Below, piece by piece: positions 41,600-57,743 of a DNA stretch of 64,000 nt; positions within the stretch are counted from its first letter, which is position 1; every line of letters starts with the position of its first letter. Under the pieces are notes generated by a model. It saw only the letters and a program-made list of their open reading frames with translations. It searched no databases and had not been told where the DNA came from. Source of the stretch: the human T2T-CHM13v2.0 reference genome, Homo sapiens. The stretch lies in assembly GCF_009914755.1 (NCBI RefSeq), contig NC_060932.1, one strand, 5' to 3'. The translations under genes were made by a program, and so were the position numbers.

Positions 41600-44500
41600 C
41601 TAATACACCAAATCCTTTGTGACTGTAATCAGACACCAAATGTTACCAGACATTTAGAGAAAAATAGCACAAGATAGAAGCCTGCAAAATAAAACAGAAA
41701 CCTCAGATGAAGAAGATAATTCAGGGGATGAAAAAAATTGACAGCAAAAAGTTCTAACAATTATCTCCAAAGAGATTTCGAAGATATCTCATCCATAAAA
41801 TAAGAATACACACCACAGGAATGACGCAATCAGAACATAGAAGTTTAGAAGAATAAAAAGTATGGCCAAAATTCACATATACACCATGGAATACTATGCA
41901 GCCATAAAAAAGGGTGAGTTCATGTCCTTTGCAGGGACATGGATGACGCTGGAAACCATCATTCTCAGCAAACTAACACAAGAACAGAAAACCAAACACC
42001 ACACGTTCTCACTCATAAGTGGGAATTGAACAATAAGAACACATGGACACAGGGAGGGGAACATCACACACCAGGGCCTGTCAGGGGTTGGGGAGCTAGG
42101 GGAGGGATAGCATTAGGAGAAGTACCTAATGTGGATGACGGGTTGATGGGTGCAGCAAACCACCATGGCACGCGTATACCTATGTAACAAGCCTGCATGT
42201 TCTGCGCATGTACCCAGAACTTCAAGTATAATAAAAAAAAAGTACGGCCAAAATAAAGAGTTAATTGTAGATGGACTGAACTATAAAATGAACAGGGATG
42301 AAAAGAAAATGATTATTTGGAACTTGAATCTGGTGAAATGTTTCAAAATGTACAATATCAAGAAAAATGGATTTAAATAAAAGATGCAGGTCAAAAGGCA
42401 CAAAAGATCAGTATAATACTACTAAAATCCAATTGAAAGAAGTTCTTGGGGAGATTTAAAAAACACAAAAGAAAGTTATTGGAAAAGATAATAGGTAGAT
42501 GGATGGATAGATGGAAGAAGGAAGGGAGGAAGGAAAGAAGAAATGGTAAAAATGTAGTTGTCAACGAATAATTCTCTATCTGGGAAAACTCTCCTTCAAA
42601 AATGGAAAATAAATTAAGATTTTTTAGATAGACAAAAATGAGAGTTTTTCACTAACAGATCTATGCTACAAGAAATAGTAAAGAGTGTTTTTTAGGCTGA
42701 AATGAAAAGACACTAGGGAGAAACTCAAATGCATTTGATAAAATAGGAACAATTACTAAAGGTAACTATATAGGTAAATATAAAAGACAATATAAATTTA
42801 TTTTTGTACCTATTTTCTTCTCCTAAATTATTTAAAAGATGGCTGCAAAAAGAAATAATTATAAATCTATGCAAATAGGCACATATTATATAAAGATGTG
42901 ATATGTGACAATAACAGCATAAACGAAGGGAGGAAAACTAAACTATACAGGAGCAAAGTCTGTATACTATTGAAATGAAGTTGGTATGAATTTGAACTAG
43001 ATTGTTATAAATTAAGATATTAATTGTAATTCCCAGGGAAACCACTAAGAAAATAACTCAAAAATATACAGTAAAAGAATAAGGGAATTAAAACAGTACA
43101 CACAAAAATAACAAAAATGAAAAGAGTAATCCAAAAACAGAACAAAGTAGACATAAGATATATAGAAAACACATTGCAGATAACAGACACAAATTCTGCC
43201 TTATTGCTAATTACATTAGGTGTAAATGGGTTAATCTCCCAAATTAAAAGGCAGAGATTGACAGGATAGATTAAAAATCAAAACACGATTCATCTATATG
43301 CCTTTTAAAGAGAAGCATTTTAGATTCAAAGATAGAAATAGTTGGAAAGGTAAAAGACAGGAAAAGTTATACCATACAAATGGTAACCAAAAAGAAAAGG
43401 AGAGAGCTGGAGTGACTATATTAATACCAGACAAAATAGACTTTAAGGCAAACATTGTAACTATAGACAAAAAAGGACATTTTATAATAATAATAACATA
43501 AATTCATCAAAAAGATAAAAATATTATAAACATATATGCACCTAAGAGCAGAGTCCCAAAATATCTAAAGCAAAAACTGACATTATTGACACGAGCTAGG
43601 GACAATTCAACAATAATACTTGGAGACAGCAATAACCTGCTTTTAATAATAGATAAAACAATTAGAATATCAGCAAGGAAATAGAAGAGTAGGAAAGAAA
43701 GAAACAAAAGGCTAGACCTAACAGGCATATTTAGAACAATAAACCCAAGAATGGCAGCATGTACAATCTTCCCAAATGTACATGGAACAGCCTCTAGGAC
43801 AGAACAAATGTTGGGCCATAAAACAAGTCTCAATAAGCTTAAAGTAATTAAAATCAAAGAAAGTATTTCTTTCTTTGACCTCAATGGAGTGAAACGAGAA
43901 ATCAGTAAAATGAGAAAATGTGGGAAAGTCACAAAGATGTGGAAATTAAACAACACTGCTATATAACTAATAGGTTAAAGAAAAAAATTGCAAAAAAAAA
44001 AAATCAGAAAATACTTTGAGATGAATTAAAACAAAAGCACAACATATCAAAACTTAGATGCAAAAAAGTAATGCTCATAGGAAAATTCATAGAATTTTAT
44101 TTATGGCTCCATAAAAAACAACGACTCATATCAATAACCTAATTGTCTGTCTTAAGAAACTAGAAAAAAGAGAAAACACAAAGAGAAAGAAATAATAAGG
44201 ATTACAGGGGAAACAAACAAAATAGAGAATATAAAACAATAGACAAAATCAACAAAATCAAAAGTTGGTTCTTTGAAAAGATTGACCAAATTGACAAACC
44301 GTTAGCTGCACATTAACCAGAAAAAAAAGAACACTCAAATTTAGTAAATCAGGAATGAAAGATGAGACTTTACTATTGACATTAAAAAAAATGAAAAATA
44401 TAATAAGGGAGTAGTAAAAACAACTGTATGGTAAAGAATGAGATAACCTAAGTGAAATAGATAAATTCTAGAAAGACATAACCTTCCAAAACTGAGTCAA

Positions 44501-45620
44501 GAAGAAATAGAAAATCTGAATAGACCTATAATAAGAGATTAAATTAATAATCAATAAACTTTCCCAAAGAAAAGTCCAGGACCAGATGGCTTTCCTGGTG
44601 TATTCTAACAAATATTTAAAGAAGAATTAACACAAATTTTTTACAAGCTCTCTGAAAAAAATCGAATAAGAAGCACTTCTCAATTCATTCTATAAAGGCC
44701 CCTACTATCCAGACAGTAAAACCAAAGACACCTATAGGGAAAACAAACAAACAAACTATAGACAAAACTAAGAACAACTGTGCCTCAGAGGCCACCATCA
44801 TGAAAGTTGAAAAGAAAACCCACAAATTGGAAGAATATATCTGCAAATCAAATATCTGATCGAAGTCTAGCATCTAGAATATATAAAGAACACTTGCAAC
44901 TTAACAGTAAAAAGACAAATAATATAACTAATTTAAAAATGGGCCAAACCTTTGAATAAACATTTTTCCAAAGAAGATATTCAAGTGGCCAGTAAGCACA
45001 TAAAAAATGCTCAACATCATTAATCATAAGGTAAACGCAAATCAGAAGCACAATAACATACCACTTCACACCTATTAGGGTAGGATGGCTACTATAAAAA
45101 TAAACAAAAATATCTTCCTATCTTAAAAAATATTGTTTATAGAAAGTATTAGTGAAGTTGTGTAGAAATCGGTACTCACATGGACTATCAGTATAAGTAC
45201 AAATCGATACAATAAATATTTTGCAGAACAACTTGGCAGTATCTTTCCAAATATGCTGATTTAAATGCAGGAATTCCATTTCTAAGTGTCTGTCCTAGAA
45301 AAAACTGTGCACATGTACACAAAGTAAAATGTAGAAGGAGGCTTACTGTAGCCATGCTTATTATAGCAAAATGCTGGAACGCACCCAAATGTCCATCTGC
45401 AGACAGATGGTTAGATAAATCAGTCTACAATGATTCCGGTACGTAGCCCCACGCCCCCTTTCCTGGATATCAAAAAAGCAAGGTAATTGTAGGGAAGAAA
45501 CTAATTTTCAAAACAATACTCATAGTATGAAACCATTAATAGAAAGCAAAATGAAACAAAACCACCTTGTATATACCCAAGTGTTAATTCTGGCTACCTC
45601 TGAGGAGGCTGGGTTAGGAA
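41600..45620 (+). mobile_element. Old L1M element (ORF1 remnant, EN domain, internally deleted ORF2)
   Basis: ORF 43298..43501 contains RAGVTILIPDKIDFK...DKKGHFI (L1 endonuclease). ORF2 motifs continue to about 45450. Confidence 0.8.
41873..42236 (+). mobile_element. Short L1PA 3' end (L1PA7-like) nested in the old L1
   Basis: TSD aaaaagta(t/c)ggccaaaat at 41855-41872 and 42237-42254. Confidence 0.93.
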
Positions 45621-45721
45621 AGAGTGAAATGGACTTCCATTTTTGAATTTATGTATCACCTTATTGCTTGAATTTTTATAAGAAGAATAACTATAAGATG
45701 TATGTAAAATGTTAATTTTAA

Positions 45722-46059
<338 letters not shown>

Positions 46060-46088
46060 TTCTAACTTAAAATCTCAATTTTAATTCA

Positions 46089-46232
<144 letters not shown>

Positions 46233-46337
46233 TCAAAATAAAGACACTTTTATGTAATCTATTACTAAAATAATAAAGAAAATCTAAAGATTATTATTAT
46301 GGTTATCAAAACCATGTCACTTTTCCAAATCTATACC

Positions 46338-46890
46338 TGTACATCAGACACGGTGGCTGCCTAAGGAGGACCCATTTCTCCCTCCATCCTTCCTAATGAC
46401 ACCCAGTTTTGCTCATGTCTTTACCTAGCCCTAACTCCAGGCAGTTAGGTTTAGCCAAGCTGGGCCAGTGCATGACAATCCAATCTCTCTTGCTAGTGGT
46501 GGCTCAGGAACCTAGGTTTAAGCCAAAAAGCCATGGCAGTCTTTTGGCAACCGTGTGATACAGGAGAGGACATGCACACCCAGTCCTCCTAATCAGATAA
46601 AAGGGAAGGATCTATATTCCATGCTTGGAGGGTTCTTATCTCTTTTTCCTGCTGGATGTTAATAAGGAATTACTATCTCTATTGATACTTATACTCAATC
46701 ATAAGGGAAACAGCTGCAGGACAAAGCCTGAGAGCTGGTAGAGCAGAGAGAAGGAATCAACCAACCCTGACTGACTCTGGAGTCTGCTCTACCTGTAGAC
46801 TTAAAGTTGGGTAAGATAATTGATTTCCTTACTGTTCTACCACATTTAGTTGGGTTTCTTTGACTTGAAGCCAAAATCAACCTGATACAG
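46338..46890 (+). mobile_element. MaLR LTR (MLT1K-like)
   Basis: Ends ttagttgggtttctttgacttgaagccaaaatcaacctgataca, typical of old MLT1 3' ends. Confidence 0.65.
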
Positions 46891-47582
46891 GATTATCTTA
46901 TTTAATAAACATGAAAGCCAATACAGGCAAAACAACAAGCATAAACAAGTCACAGAATTGCTGCAGAATGGGGCCTTTGAAAAATAGTTAATAATACCAT
47001 AGCAACTATTGCTGAGTGCTTATCACATGTCACACAATGTTCTCAGCATTTAGTATATATTACCTTATTTAATCCTCATAATAACCCTATGAGGTCAAAA
47101 CTATTGTCTCCTTTTTACAAATCAGAATACCAAGGTACAGAGAATTAATTCACTTGTCCAAGGTTAAGTGGTAGAGCTAGGAAAGTTGACTCCAGAACCT
47201 GGAACTAAATCATTATAGTACACCTTAAAAGAACAGGCCTTTCTAAGATGACAGGAATGTAGAAAACTTTGCTAAGGAATGTGCACTGGGGGCAGCCTCA
47301 TTCAATTAGTGCCTCCTCTGCCCATTTCTCAGGTACACCATGAAGCTCAAAGATGGTGATTTATAATCATCACCCCTATCACCACTAATAGTTAATCTAA
47401 AATGTACAAAACATCATATATTTGTTTCCATAGACCTGAACATAACAGTTCACATCTCTGAATCTCAATTTATGCATTGTTTAAATGGAGGATTTGGGGG
47501 AAAAAATTACAAACATTTCTCTCAGAATTTAAATTATTCTAAGTAATCCTAATGTTTGAAAAAGCTCTTTAGAAACATCTGA

Positions 47583-47907
<325 letters not shown>

Positions 47908-49059
47908 AGATTTGGAGGTTTCTATGTGCTAAGAACTATGAGAGTCTCGTCCACATCCTGAACAAAATACTTTATTATTGTTAAAATGGCCAGCCCACAA
48001 TAAAATACCTCTTCAAAACAGGATTTCCCTTCCCCACCTTTGTTATACGCATCACCCTCTAAACGCTAAAGGAGTCATATGATAGAAAAGTAAGAATTTG
48101 CTCAGGGACGGTTTCCTAAGCTAACTCCTCAAAACCCCAGGGCCCAACTTGGACACAGCGGGTTAAAAAAAAGGCTCTGTAAGTCAAAATGGAAGAGCCT
48201 CTTGGGTAGGGAAAAGGGAGTCTGAGTTCTAGCCAGACCATTCTAGTAACAGTTCTCATCAACTAAGCAGGCCCACAAACTTGGAGTAGACCCTCTGCCT
48301 TCTCGGATTTAAGCAGCTCTGTAGCCCTCAGCTTGGCCCAGGCATGCAGCCCACTGGGAAGCTGTTGAAAGGGTTGATTCCAGGAGCCCACAGGTTCTGA
48401 TTCAGTAGGTCTGGGGACGGGGCACTTGACAAGACCCCACATGGCCCCTGGGCTCCCTCTTGGGTCACCTCTAAGCAGTGCCTTCCTCCGCAGACCATCT
48501 GTGTCTTCCCATGGGCAACAGGGCTTTAGGAAAGGCAATTGCTTCACAAACTTCTACCTCAATGGCACAAGAGCAAGTCTGAATCCTAGAGGGGTGGTTT
48601 TACTTGCTAAATAAGTGCCTAAATGCCTATGGGTGGAGTAGCACTGAAAAATCCCATTATTAGGATTTAAAAGAGTGTTTAATTTAAGAGTACTTTGGAA
48701 GCAAAAATTTAAGCTTTCTCACAGTTCTGAAAAGGACCGAAATACCATGCTCCTAATTAGTAATTGTGATGGACCCAGCTGTGGAGATTAAAATTTTGGG
48801 AACTCTTTTAGATCTGTACAATTAGAACCGTTCTTTCATGCCCCCATGCATAAAAGCTGGTGGTTTTCTGTAATAGCCTTTTTAATTGAACAATGTGCCA
48901 GAGTTTCTAATTTCTGGTCAAGTTAAAGATGCCAAAAATAATTAACTCAAAAAATACAGAGAATTTTAGTAAATCTTCCAAAAATGATGCAAACCTAGGC
49001 TTTTTGCAAGCCTGAGGCTAATTTTCAATTATCCACGAAACTAGAAGCAACCACATCAC

Positions 49060-49274
49060 CAGGGTTTCTCAACCTCAGCAATACTAACATTTTGGGCTGG
49101 ATATTCTTTCTTGCGGGGGGTGGGGGAGCATCCTGAGCACTGTAGGATGGTTTGCAGTATTCCTGGCCTCTATACACTAGATGCCAATAGCATCCTCTCC
49201 CCATCCTCCCATACACATGCGACAACCAAAAATATCTCCAGACATTGCCAAATGCCCCTGTTGTGAACCACTGC
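49060..49274. mobile_element. MER20-like hAT MITE
   Basis: cagggtttctcaacctcagc...ctccagacattgccaaatgcccctg...gaaccactg. Confidence 0.85.
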
Positions 49275-49514
49275 ACATCATCACGGGAAGTTAAATATGA
49301 TCCTGCAAGCTGACCTCTGGGTTCTCGTGCCAGGGCACACAGGGGTTGGCACTCACTCTGCCTCCTCAGCCCTGACTCCATCCCTTTTCCTCCAACTCCA
49401 CTGGCTTCTCCTTTCTGCTCCTACCTTCATTTGGCTAGCCTGGGGCACAATGAGGTAAATGATCAAATTGGTAACAGCAGCAGCACAGCAGCTATCCTGT
49501 AATGAGTACTTATC

Positions 49515-49602
49515 TTTTTTTTTTTTAATTATACTTTAAGTTTTAGGGTACATGTGCACATTGTGCAGGTTAGTTACATATGTATACATGTGCCGTGCTG
49601 GT
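49515..49602 (-). mobile_element. 88-bp young L1 3' terminus (L1PA2/pre-Ta-like) inserted in a MIR
   Basis: Minus strand reads accagcacggcacatg...ctaacctgcacaatgtgcacatgtaccctaaaacttaaagtataatt followed by A12. Confidence 0.9.
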
Positions 49603-50715
49603 CTTATGGTGAGCAAGCACTAAGCATATCATTTCATGTAATCCCTATGCCAATTTACATTTTAGGCATTATTAGCCATTTTACAGATGGCAAGACTAAG
49701 ACTTGGGCAAGTAACTGACTTGTCAAATTTCACACTGCATAGAGGGAGGCGGGAGAGGCAGTGTTCTGACCCAGGTTTACCTGATGCCAGAGCCTGTGCT
49801 TTCTCTTTCCGGGTGCTGGGGATTCTCCTTCTGTGTCCATGTGGCAGGACCTCCATTAGAGTAACTCCACAGGCCTCCCTTCCCTCTTCCCTTTAATTCA
49901 TCATTCTTCTGTGAGAGAAGTCAAGTGTGGTGGGGGAAGGAAGACCAATTTATCTGATAGGTTAATCAGGAGAAGAAACTGAGCATGCCCAGTCCTACCC
50001 TCTTTCCTGGTTTCTGGGATCTTCCTGCCAGCAGAGAGCACATGGTCTCAACCTACCTCCTGACATAAAGCAAAGGCCCACCTGGGGAGGAGAAACTTGT
50101 GGTTGTTCAATTCTGCATGTAACTGGGTGGGTAGGTTAATTCTGAGGGCAATATTAGCAAGCCCACTTGGCTGCAAGTCTACGCCACTTTCTTAGAAGAG
50201 CTTTATCAGTTATAATACTGATATTTTTATCTTCATTGACCTGATCCCTGCATTTACCTCTAATTTCCATTCCAAATCGGAAGCCCCTCAATACCCAATA
50301 CTGAGCCCAATGCCTTGCACATATATGGTCACAATAAATATAGCAAAACTAGCTATTGAATTCTGCAGTAACCTGACAAGGACTCCCTCAATTCTCATAT
50401 AAATTTGTTTTGCAGTGTGATGTAAAATGATGACAAATGCCTCCTCCCTTTCAAACTTAAAAAAAAAAAATCAGGTCTGATGTGTTCTCTGTCTTTTTAG
50501 ATGATCAGGTCAACTAATGTGTTCCTCACCTTTACCTGCTCTCCCAACTCCTTGCTGGAAATTGTTTTCACTACACACAGAAATGTTCAGGGAAACGCCC
50601 CCCACACAACCACTGAGAGATGGCTGTGTCTGTTTTCCCATGGAGTTTTTTTTTCAGTGATTGTCTTCTAAAAATAACACAGCACTTTCCAAAGTTCTCT
50701 CATTCACAATGTTCA

Positions 50716-50937
<222 letters not shown>

Positions 50938-53758
50938 TTACATTTCTGTCCCCATTGTTCAATATAAGATTATTGTGTTGTTAACGCATTTGTGTTTTTT
51001 TTGTTTGTTTTTGCAGTTGAATGTCAATTTTCCAGGCCCAAGCGATTTTCAAAGTGAGAGAGAAAATGGTACCTCCTCCTGGAGTTTTTGTGATGCCATG
51101 ATGTGAGCTGGAGAGAAGAAGAAGACATGATGATATTGTATTTGCCTTTGAATGTGAAGGGTCTACATACATTTTGCTGTATGGATGGAGATGGAGTTGA
51201 GAGTTAATGGCTATAAAAATGTTTACATGGAATCTTATGGTGGTACCATGTTAAAATGGATGAGATCCACTAACTAATCTGAGACAGAGCAACTTGCTAC
51301 TGAGAGGCACAGTTGAGCTGTCAGAGGGCAGAAATATGAAAGCATCTTCTACCATTCAGAAAATAAAGGTCACAGGTCATTCATTTAACCAATGTTTATT
51401 AATTTAACTAAAGCTTAAAAGAAAGAAAAGGAACGCTTTAGATCTTGCACTGCATTCTTATAAAGCAGCCACCACTTGTTTTGTTTCCAGGAGAAGTATT
51501 TTTGAAAGCTGCTCACAGAAGGAGGTGTAATGGGAGCTCCCACCCCTCTGACAAGAGTGATGTGTAGTGCTGGGTTCACCTGCCACAGAAGGTCAGCAGT
51601 ACGTGAGGAAGACGGCGCCAGGAGACTGGACATAGCACTATCTATGGTCCACAGTCAGAGCCAAGCACAAGATCATGAATCATCTTTGTAAAGATGCATT
51701 GAAACCAAAAAGGTAATGACAAGGAGGAACCAGGCATTTCCCACTGCCACTAAAACTGGTATTTGTTGAACCCTCACATCTTCTGTAGGATGTGGAAATA
51801 TTGTATGTCTACCCCAGGAGATAATAAAGACTCACTGTCACTTACAAGGTGCCAGGTAGTATTCTAAATTCTTTGCATGTATTAATATATGACTATCTGG
51901 AGTTATTACTGCCATTTGTCAGATGAGGAAGTAAAGCACAGAGAGTTTAAATAACTTACCTGGGTCTTGGTGATAAGTGCTAGAGCCAGGTTTTAAATTC
52001 ATGGTTTAGTGCCAGACCACCTGCTCTTAACCACTATGCTCCACTGTCTCAAGCATAAGCAAATAACAGCCTCTAGAAATTCCAGGTTTCCTGAAGGTGC
52101 AGACTCCTCTAGCTGAGACAGAGTTCTTCACAGCAACTTCTGCTACCACACCTCTATGTCACATCCTTAAAAGTGGAATTTGCCTTTTTATTAAATGTAA
52201 AAACATGTACGAACTTATCATTCATGTGGAGTTAGCTAAACTCTCTGCTACTTCTAGTGGTAGGAGATACGGGTGCTTGCAATGACAGTTCTTTATAAGA
52301 AGGACCAGAGCAATGTAGAGGTTGAGAGATTAAAATACCATACATGGGGAAAGTCCTTGCTGCTCTAAGCTTTGGCTCAACTAACAGGCAGAGATGGTCA
52401 CAAACCAGATCCTGGTAAGGGACAGCCCAAAGCGCCCAGGAAGGAGGCTAACAGTACACCACCACCAGCCTGGCTCGCTGGGAACCCTGCTGCCAGCACC
52501 ATTCAGCTGTCCCTGGAATTCCAATAATGGTTTGTGAACCAGCTTAAATAGGGTGCTATAATCAAGGAAAAGAGAAAAACCAAACCTGTAAGAGAAGAGC
52601 ATTAAAACTACTCTCTATCCTCCTAACCAAAGTTGGTTCTAACAGCTTAAATCAACTGATAATGAATAAATGGGTACAGCCAGAGGATAGAGCAATGCTC
52701 CTGTGTAAAGTAAATGTATGATCTAGATCTGTAATTTACCTATAAGAATTCTCTTAGCAAGGATGCAACATGGGTCAAGGGGTTGAGATTGCACAACCTT
52801 GTTATCTGTACATTTAACAAAATGTGGAAATTACTGACCACTAGTAATAAGACCCTCAATGACTAACGGTATATCTGTAACTTAAACTACTCAAATCCAT
52901 AGAGCAAGGGGGTGGATTGTTGGAGGCCTTGCTACTATTAGAACTGGAGTCCATGGGGCCAGGAGGACGTGCCCATCCAGAGCCCAAGTCTTCCTCTCTA
53001 GACCATGGCCCATGGAAGGAACAATGGGATTCTCTGTTCAAGGGGCTCCAAGCCTTACTCTAAACCTTGCAATGGCAGCTTCTCCAGGTTCGTTCCTGAA
53101 GACAGACCATGACATCAGGTACATATCCCAACGCCTAAGGGATGTCCAAGGGTCAGCTGTTTGTCAGGGAGGTGGATGGCATGGATGTATAGGCTGGAGT
53201 GTCCATGCTCATACATGGGTGTTAGGGGCCAGGACAGAGTCAGAGATGGGAAGAAAAGGGAAGAGTGGGCCAGAGGGCAAGATTTCCCCAATCCACCATG
53301 CTCTGTCATAGAACTCCAGCATAGGAAATGCAGCCCTCAGGTTGTTAGGAAAGTATACTTGTCAAGGTAAGAAGACATATTTTATTTAGCAGTTTGGTTT
53401 ATAACTTGATACATAGGCCTTTACTTATACTCTTGCCCCAGATTCTAGTTGAAGGCTTAGTTTTGTATCCATATTGAAGATATAATTTGAACTCCAAAGG
53501 AGATGTCATCCATGGTTAAGTCGAATGTGTTCAGGGGACTTCTGATAGAATCTTAAGCATCACTTGGTCTCTGGCCTCATACTGCCATGTGGGACTTTCT
53601 GACTCTCAGGGCTGCTCAAGGTATCACAGGCGCCTCTAGTCTACACTGTGAAAGGCTTTTCTAAATTGCCCACTCTTAAAGATTTCCAGGGTTGACAAAG
53701 TTTCTACTGGTACCAAATATCCTTGTAGTATTCTCTTGCTATACCTCTGAACATTTAA

Positions 53759-54157
<399 letters not shown>

Positions 54158-54759
54158 TGATTCATATCTTCTAACCATGAGAATTAAGATGAGAAAAATC
54201 CCTATTAATTTAAAGAGGTGGAGTTTAGGGAGCCTCCCTTAGCATGAATAACTAAATTACACACACACACAAAGGAAAGAAGGGACACAACAGAGAAGTT
54301 TGCCTGGACAGCAATGATTATATACAATTAGGATACATTAAAAGAAAATAAATAATTGCAGAGGAGGACAGAACTGTGAAGATGTGGAAATTTCCCAGCA
54401 GATCTTTTCTAAACTCTCCTATGACAAGCAAACTGCCGTGTGGCTTACCATTTTATAGCGCTGAGGAAATTGTTGTTACACAGTGCTGCTTCACCTGTAA
54501 TGGCAAACATCAGAACAAAAACCAGAGCCCCCGAGAAGAAATGTGTAAAGATATCTTCATGGTGCATGGAGATTATAGTGTTTCATGCTTTTGAACAGGA
54601 AAGCATTTTCGGTTTTATATACTGTCTAATTTAGAGCAAACATTCTTTAAGTCCAAGGAGCATTATTCGCCTTTAGAAATTTCTACTCCAAATAATATAG
54701 CACTGCAATTACGTGAGATCATTCTAGAGATTTAAAAATGCTTTGGGAAGACACAAAAG

Positions 54760-55745
54760 TGCCCAGCAAACTTTAAAAAAAAAAGCTCCACATCACTAGT
54801 CATCAGAGAAATGCAAATTAAAACTACAATGAGATACCATCTCATACCAGTCAGAATGGCTATTATTATGAAAGTCATAAAATAATAGACGTTGGCAAGG
54901 ATGCAGAGAAAAGGGAACACTTATACTCTGTTGGTGGGAATGCAAATTAGTTCAACCCCTATGGAAAACAGAATAGAGATTTCTCAAAGAATTAAAAATA
55001 GAATGAACAATCAACCTAGCAATCTCACTACTGGGTATCTACCCAAAGGAAAATAAATCATTCAATCAAAAAGACACCTGTACTCGTGTGCTACTGCAGC
55101 ACTATTCACAATATCAAAGTAATGTATTCAACCCAAGTCCCCATCAACAGCGGATTGGATAGAGAAAATTTGGTACACATATACCATGGAATACTATGCA
55201 GCCATAAAAAGAAAAAATCATGTCCTTTGCAGTAACATGGATGCAGCTGGAGGCCATTATCCCAAGTGAATTCATGCACGAACAGAAAATCAAATACTGC
55301 ATGTTCTCACTTATAAGTGGGAGCTAAACTGTGGGTACACAAGGACATAAAGATGGAAACAATAGACCCTGAGGACTCCAAAATGGGCGAAGGAGGGGAG
55401 GCAAGGGTTGAAAAACGACCTACTGGCTACTATGTTCACTGTTTGGGTTAGGGGTTCACTTGAAGCTCAGACCCCAGCCATCATCCAATATACCCATGTA
55501 ACAAACCTGCACATGTACCCTCTGAATATAAAATTAAAAACAATAATATATAGTTTGAAATAGCTAGAAGGACGATATTGAAAGTTTCCAACACAAAGAA
55601 ATGATAAATGTTTTAGATAATGGATATGCTAATTACCCTGATCTGATTACTATACAGTATATGTATTGAAACATCACTATGTATCCCATAAATATGTACA
55701 ATTATGTCAAATAAAAACAAAATTAAATTAAAAAGTAAAAAAAAA
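54760..55745 (+). mobile_element. L1PB/L1PA16-like 3' region with a composite 3'UTR
   Basis: ORF2 C-terminus, then a 3'UTR ending about 55540, followed directly by a second L1MA-like 3' end to about 55745. Confidence 0.85.
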
Positions 55746-57743
55746 GATACAAACTCTGCCCTCAAGGAATTTTCTGTCCAGAATTAAGGAGAGGCAGTGA
55801 CAACAGTGCAGGATGAGCTTGAGAGAAGAGCTGGATACCATGAAGCATCTAGGAGAAGCACCCAACCCAGCTGCGGCTTCAGAAGCAGGCAATGTCGACA
55901 GAGATACAGAGCACACATGACAATTAACCAGAAAAAAAGAAGAGAATGGAGCAGAAGAAACAGCACAGTGCAAAGGCCAGGAAGCAAGTGTATCTTCTTT
56001 CACTTTGCAGCAACAATATAGTAATGATGTTGTAGACACAACGGCAGACAGTCCTTGCTTTCATGGAGGTTGCCTGGTAGAAGAGGCAGGAAAGAAGCAC
56101 AGTGTGCATACCACTCGGGTCATGTGGGTGGTCAGGGATACCCACAGCTTCTAATCAAGACTTCGGAGAAGATGGCAAGCTTCCTATCTTCAGCTGAGAC
56201 ACAGAGGATGATTAAGATTATTCAAGAGAATGGGGCAGATAAAAGACAATTCCAAGAAGCAAGCTCAGAAGGAGAGAGGCCATAGAAGATTCTGTAAATT
56301 ATGCGGCATTCATTATGGCTACAGCACAGCACTGAAGGAATTGGGAGATATAAAAAAGCTAGGCAAGTTTGAGTCCATTGTAAAGAGCCCTGGAGAGCTA
56401 AGAACTTAGAATGAACTTCTACTATTATTTAGAACTGGAACATAACCTAAGGGATGGGATGTGTAGTGTTGTCATGAAAAGATAATGTCAAATCTTTGCC
56501 CCACCATTCTCTACCTGTTTATGATACGTAGATTTGGGCAAAACTGTTCATCTATTTCAGTTTTCTCATCTGTAAACTGGAGATAATGTTAGCATTACTT
56601 CTTAAAATTTTTTTGAGGATTAAATAATTAAGTAAAGCCCTTAGCACAGTGCCTGGTATACAGTCATTGGTCAATAAATGTCAGTTCCCTTCCTTCTATA
56701 AATAAGTAAAGAAATAAATAATAAAATGCTTTGGAAGCATTAATATGTTATCATAAGACTATTTCAAGAAAAATGGTATTATAGTACCTATTATGTGGTA
56801 TAGAAGAAAAATATGCCAAGGCACAATATAAAACATATTGCTTTCACTTCCTTATTTTAGGAAATTTCAAACAGCAAAATATAAGATGCAGATGGTTGAG
56901 TGCTAACCAATATCTGTCTGACTGGAGAAATAAGCTCTTGATGAAGGATATTGACAGCTTCAACCACAGATACATACTCCCCTCACTAAAAGATGCTGTG
57001 GAGGAATCCAAGGGTTTAATCAAAACACATCAGCTCACCTAAGTTTCTTTCCAATTCCTTAATATGAATGAGTTCTCCAAAATTTGAGGCTGTATCAGCA
57101 AAATGACTTTGCAGGGAGCAGGGACAGAGGGCACGGTGAGGAGGTTTCTGGGATACTGGAGGCTGTCCTGCTGTGTTTGTTTCTAAAGTTTTTCATTACA
57201 TTGAGCAAAGTTCTCAAAACTCCCAAAGCCAATAATTTAGTGTTCATTCCTTCAGGCTTTACATCATGTTTTGTAAACAACTCTTTTTTTCCTACTAGAT
57301 TAGAATAAAATCAACTAATATGTATTTATTGAAGATTTTGTAGCATTCAGACATCTTGAAAGACCTATCAGATATGTATATGAAATTGAGAGTTAATAGA
57401 AATAAAGGGGTTACAAACAGGTGAAGGTCACCTCTTGCAGCATCTAAAATATTTTTTAATCATTTTCAATGGAAACTCTTAAAAGCAGGATTGTACACTT
57501 GCCTGTCTTTTCTTGCTGACCCAGGCTCATCATAATGAGCGGCAACAGCCGTACTATATCCCAATCTAGTGATATCTTTAGGGACGACTTACTGGAGTGT
57601 GCTACTGAAAAGCACTAAGTGCTATGGGGCACTGAGAGAAGAACATAGAAAGTATGATGAGTGCACAGGAGACAGTGATCGGTGCTACTGAGAAAAAGGA
57701 AGTCAGAAGAAGCTTCATGGAGGAGGAGTCTGAGCTGAATCTT

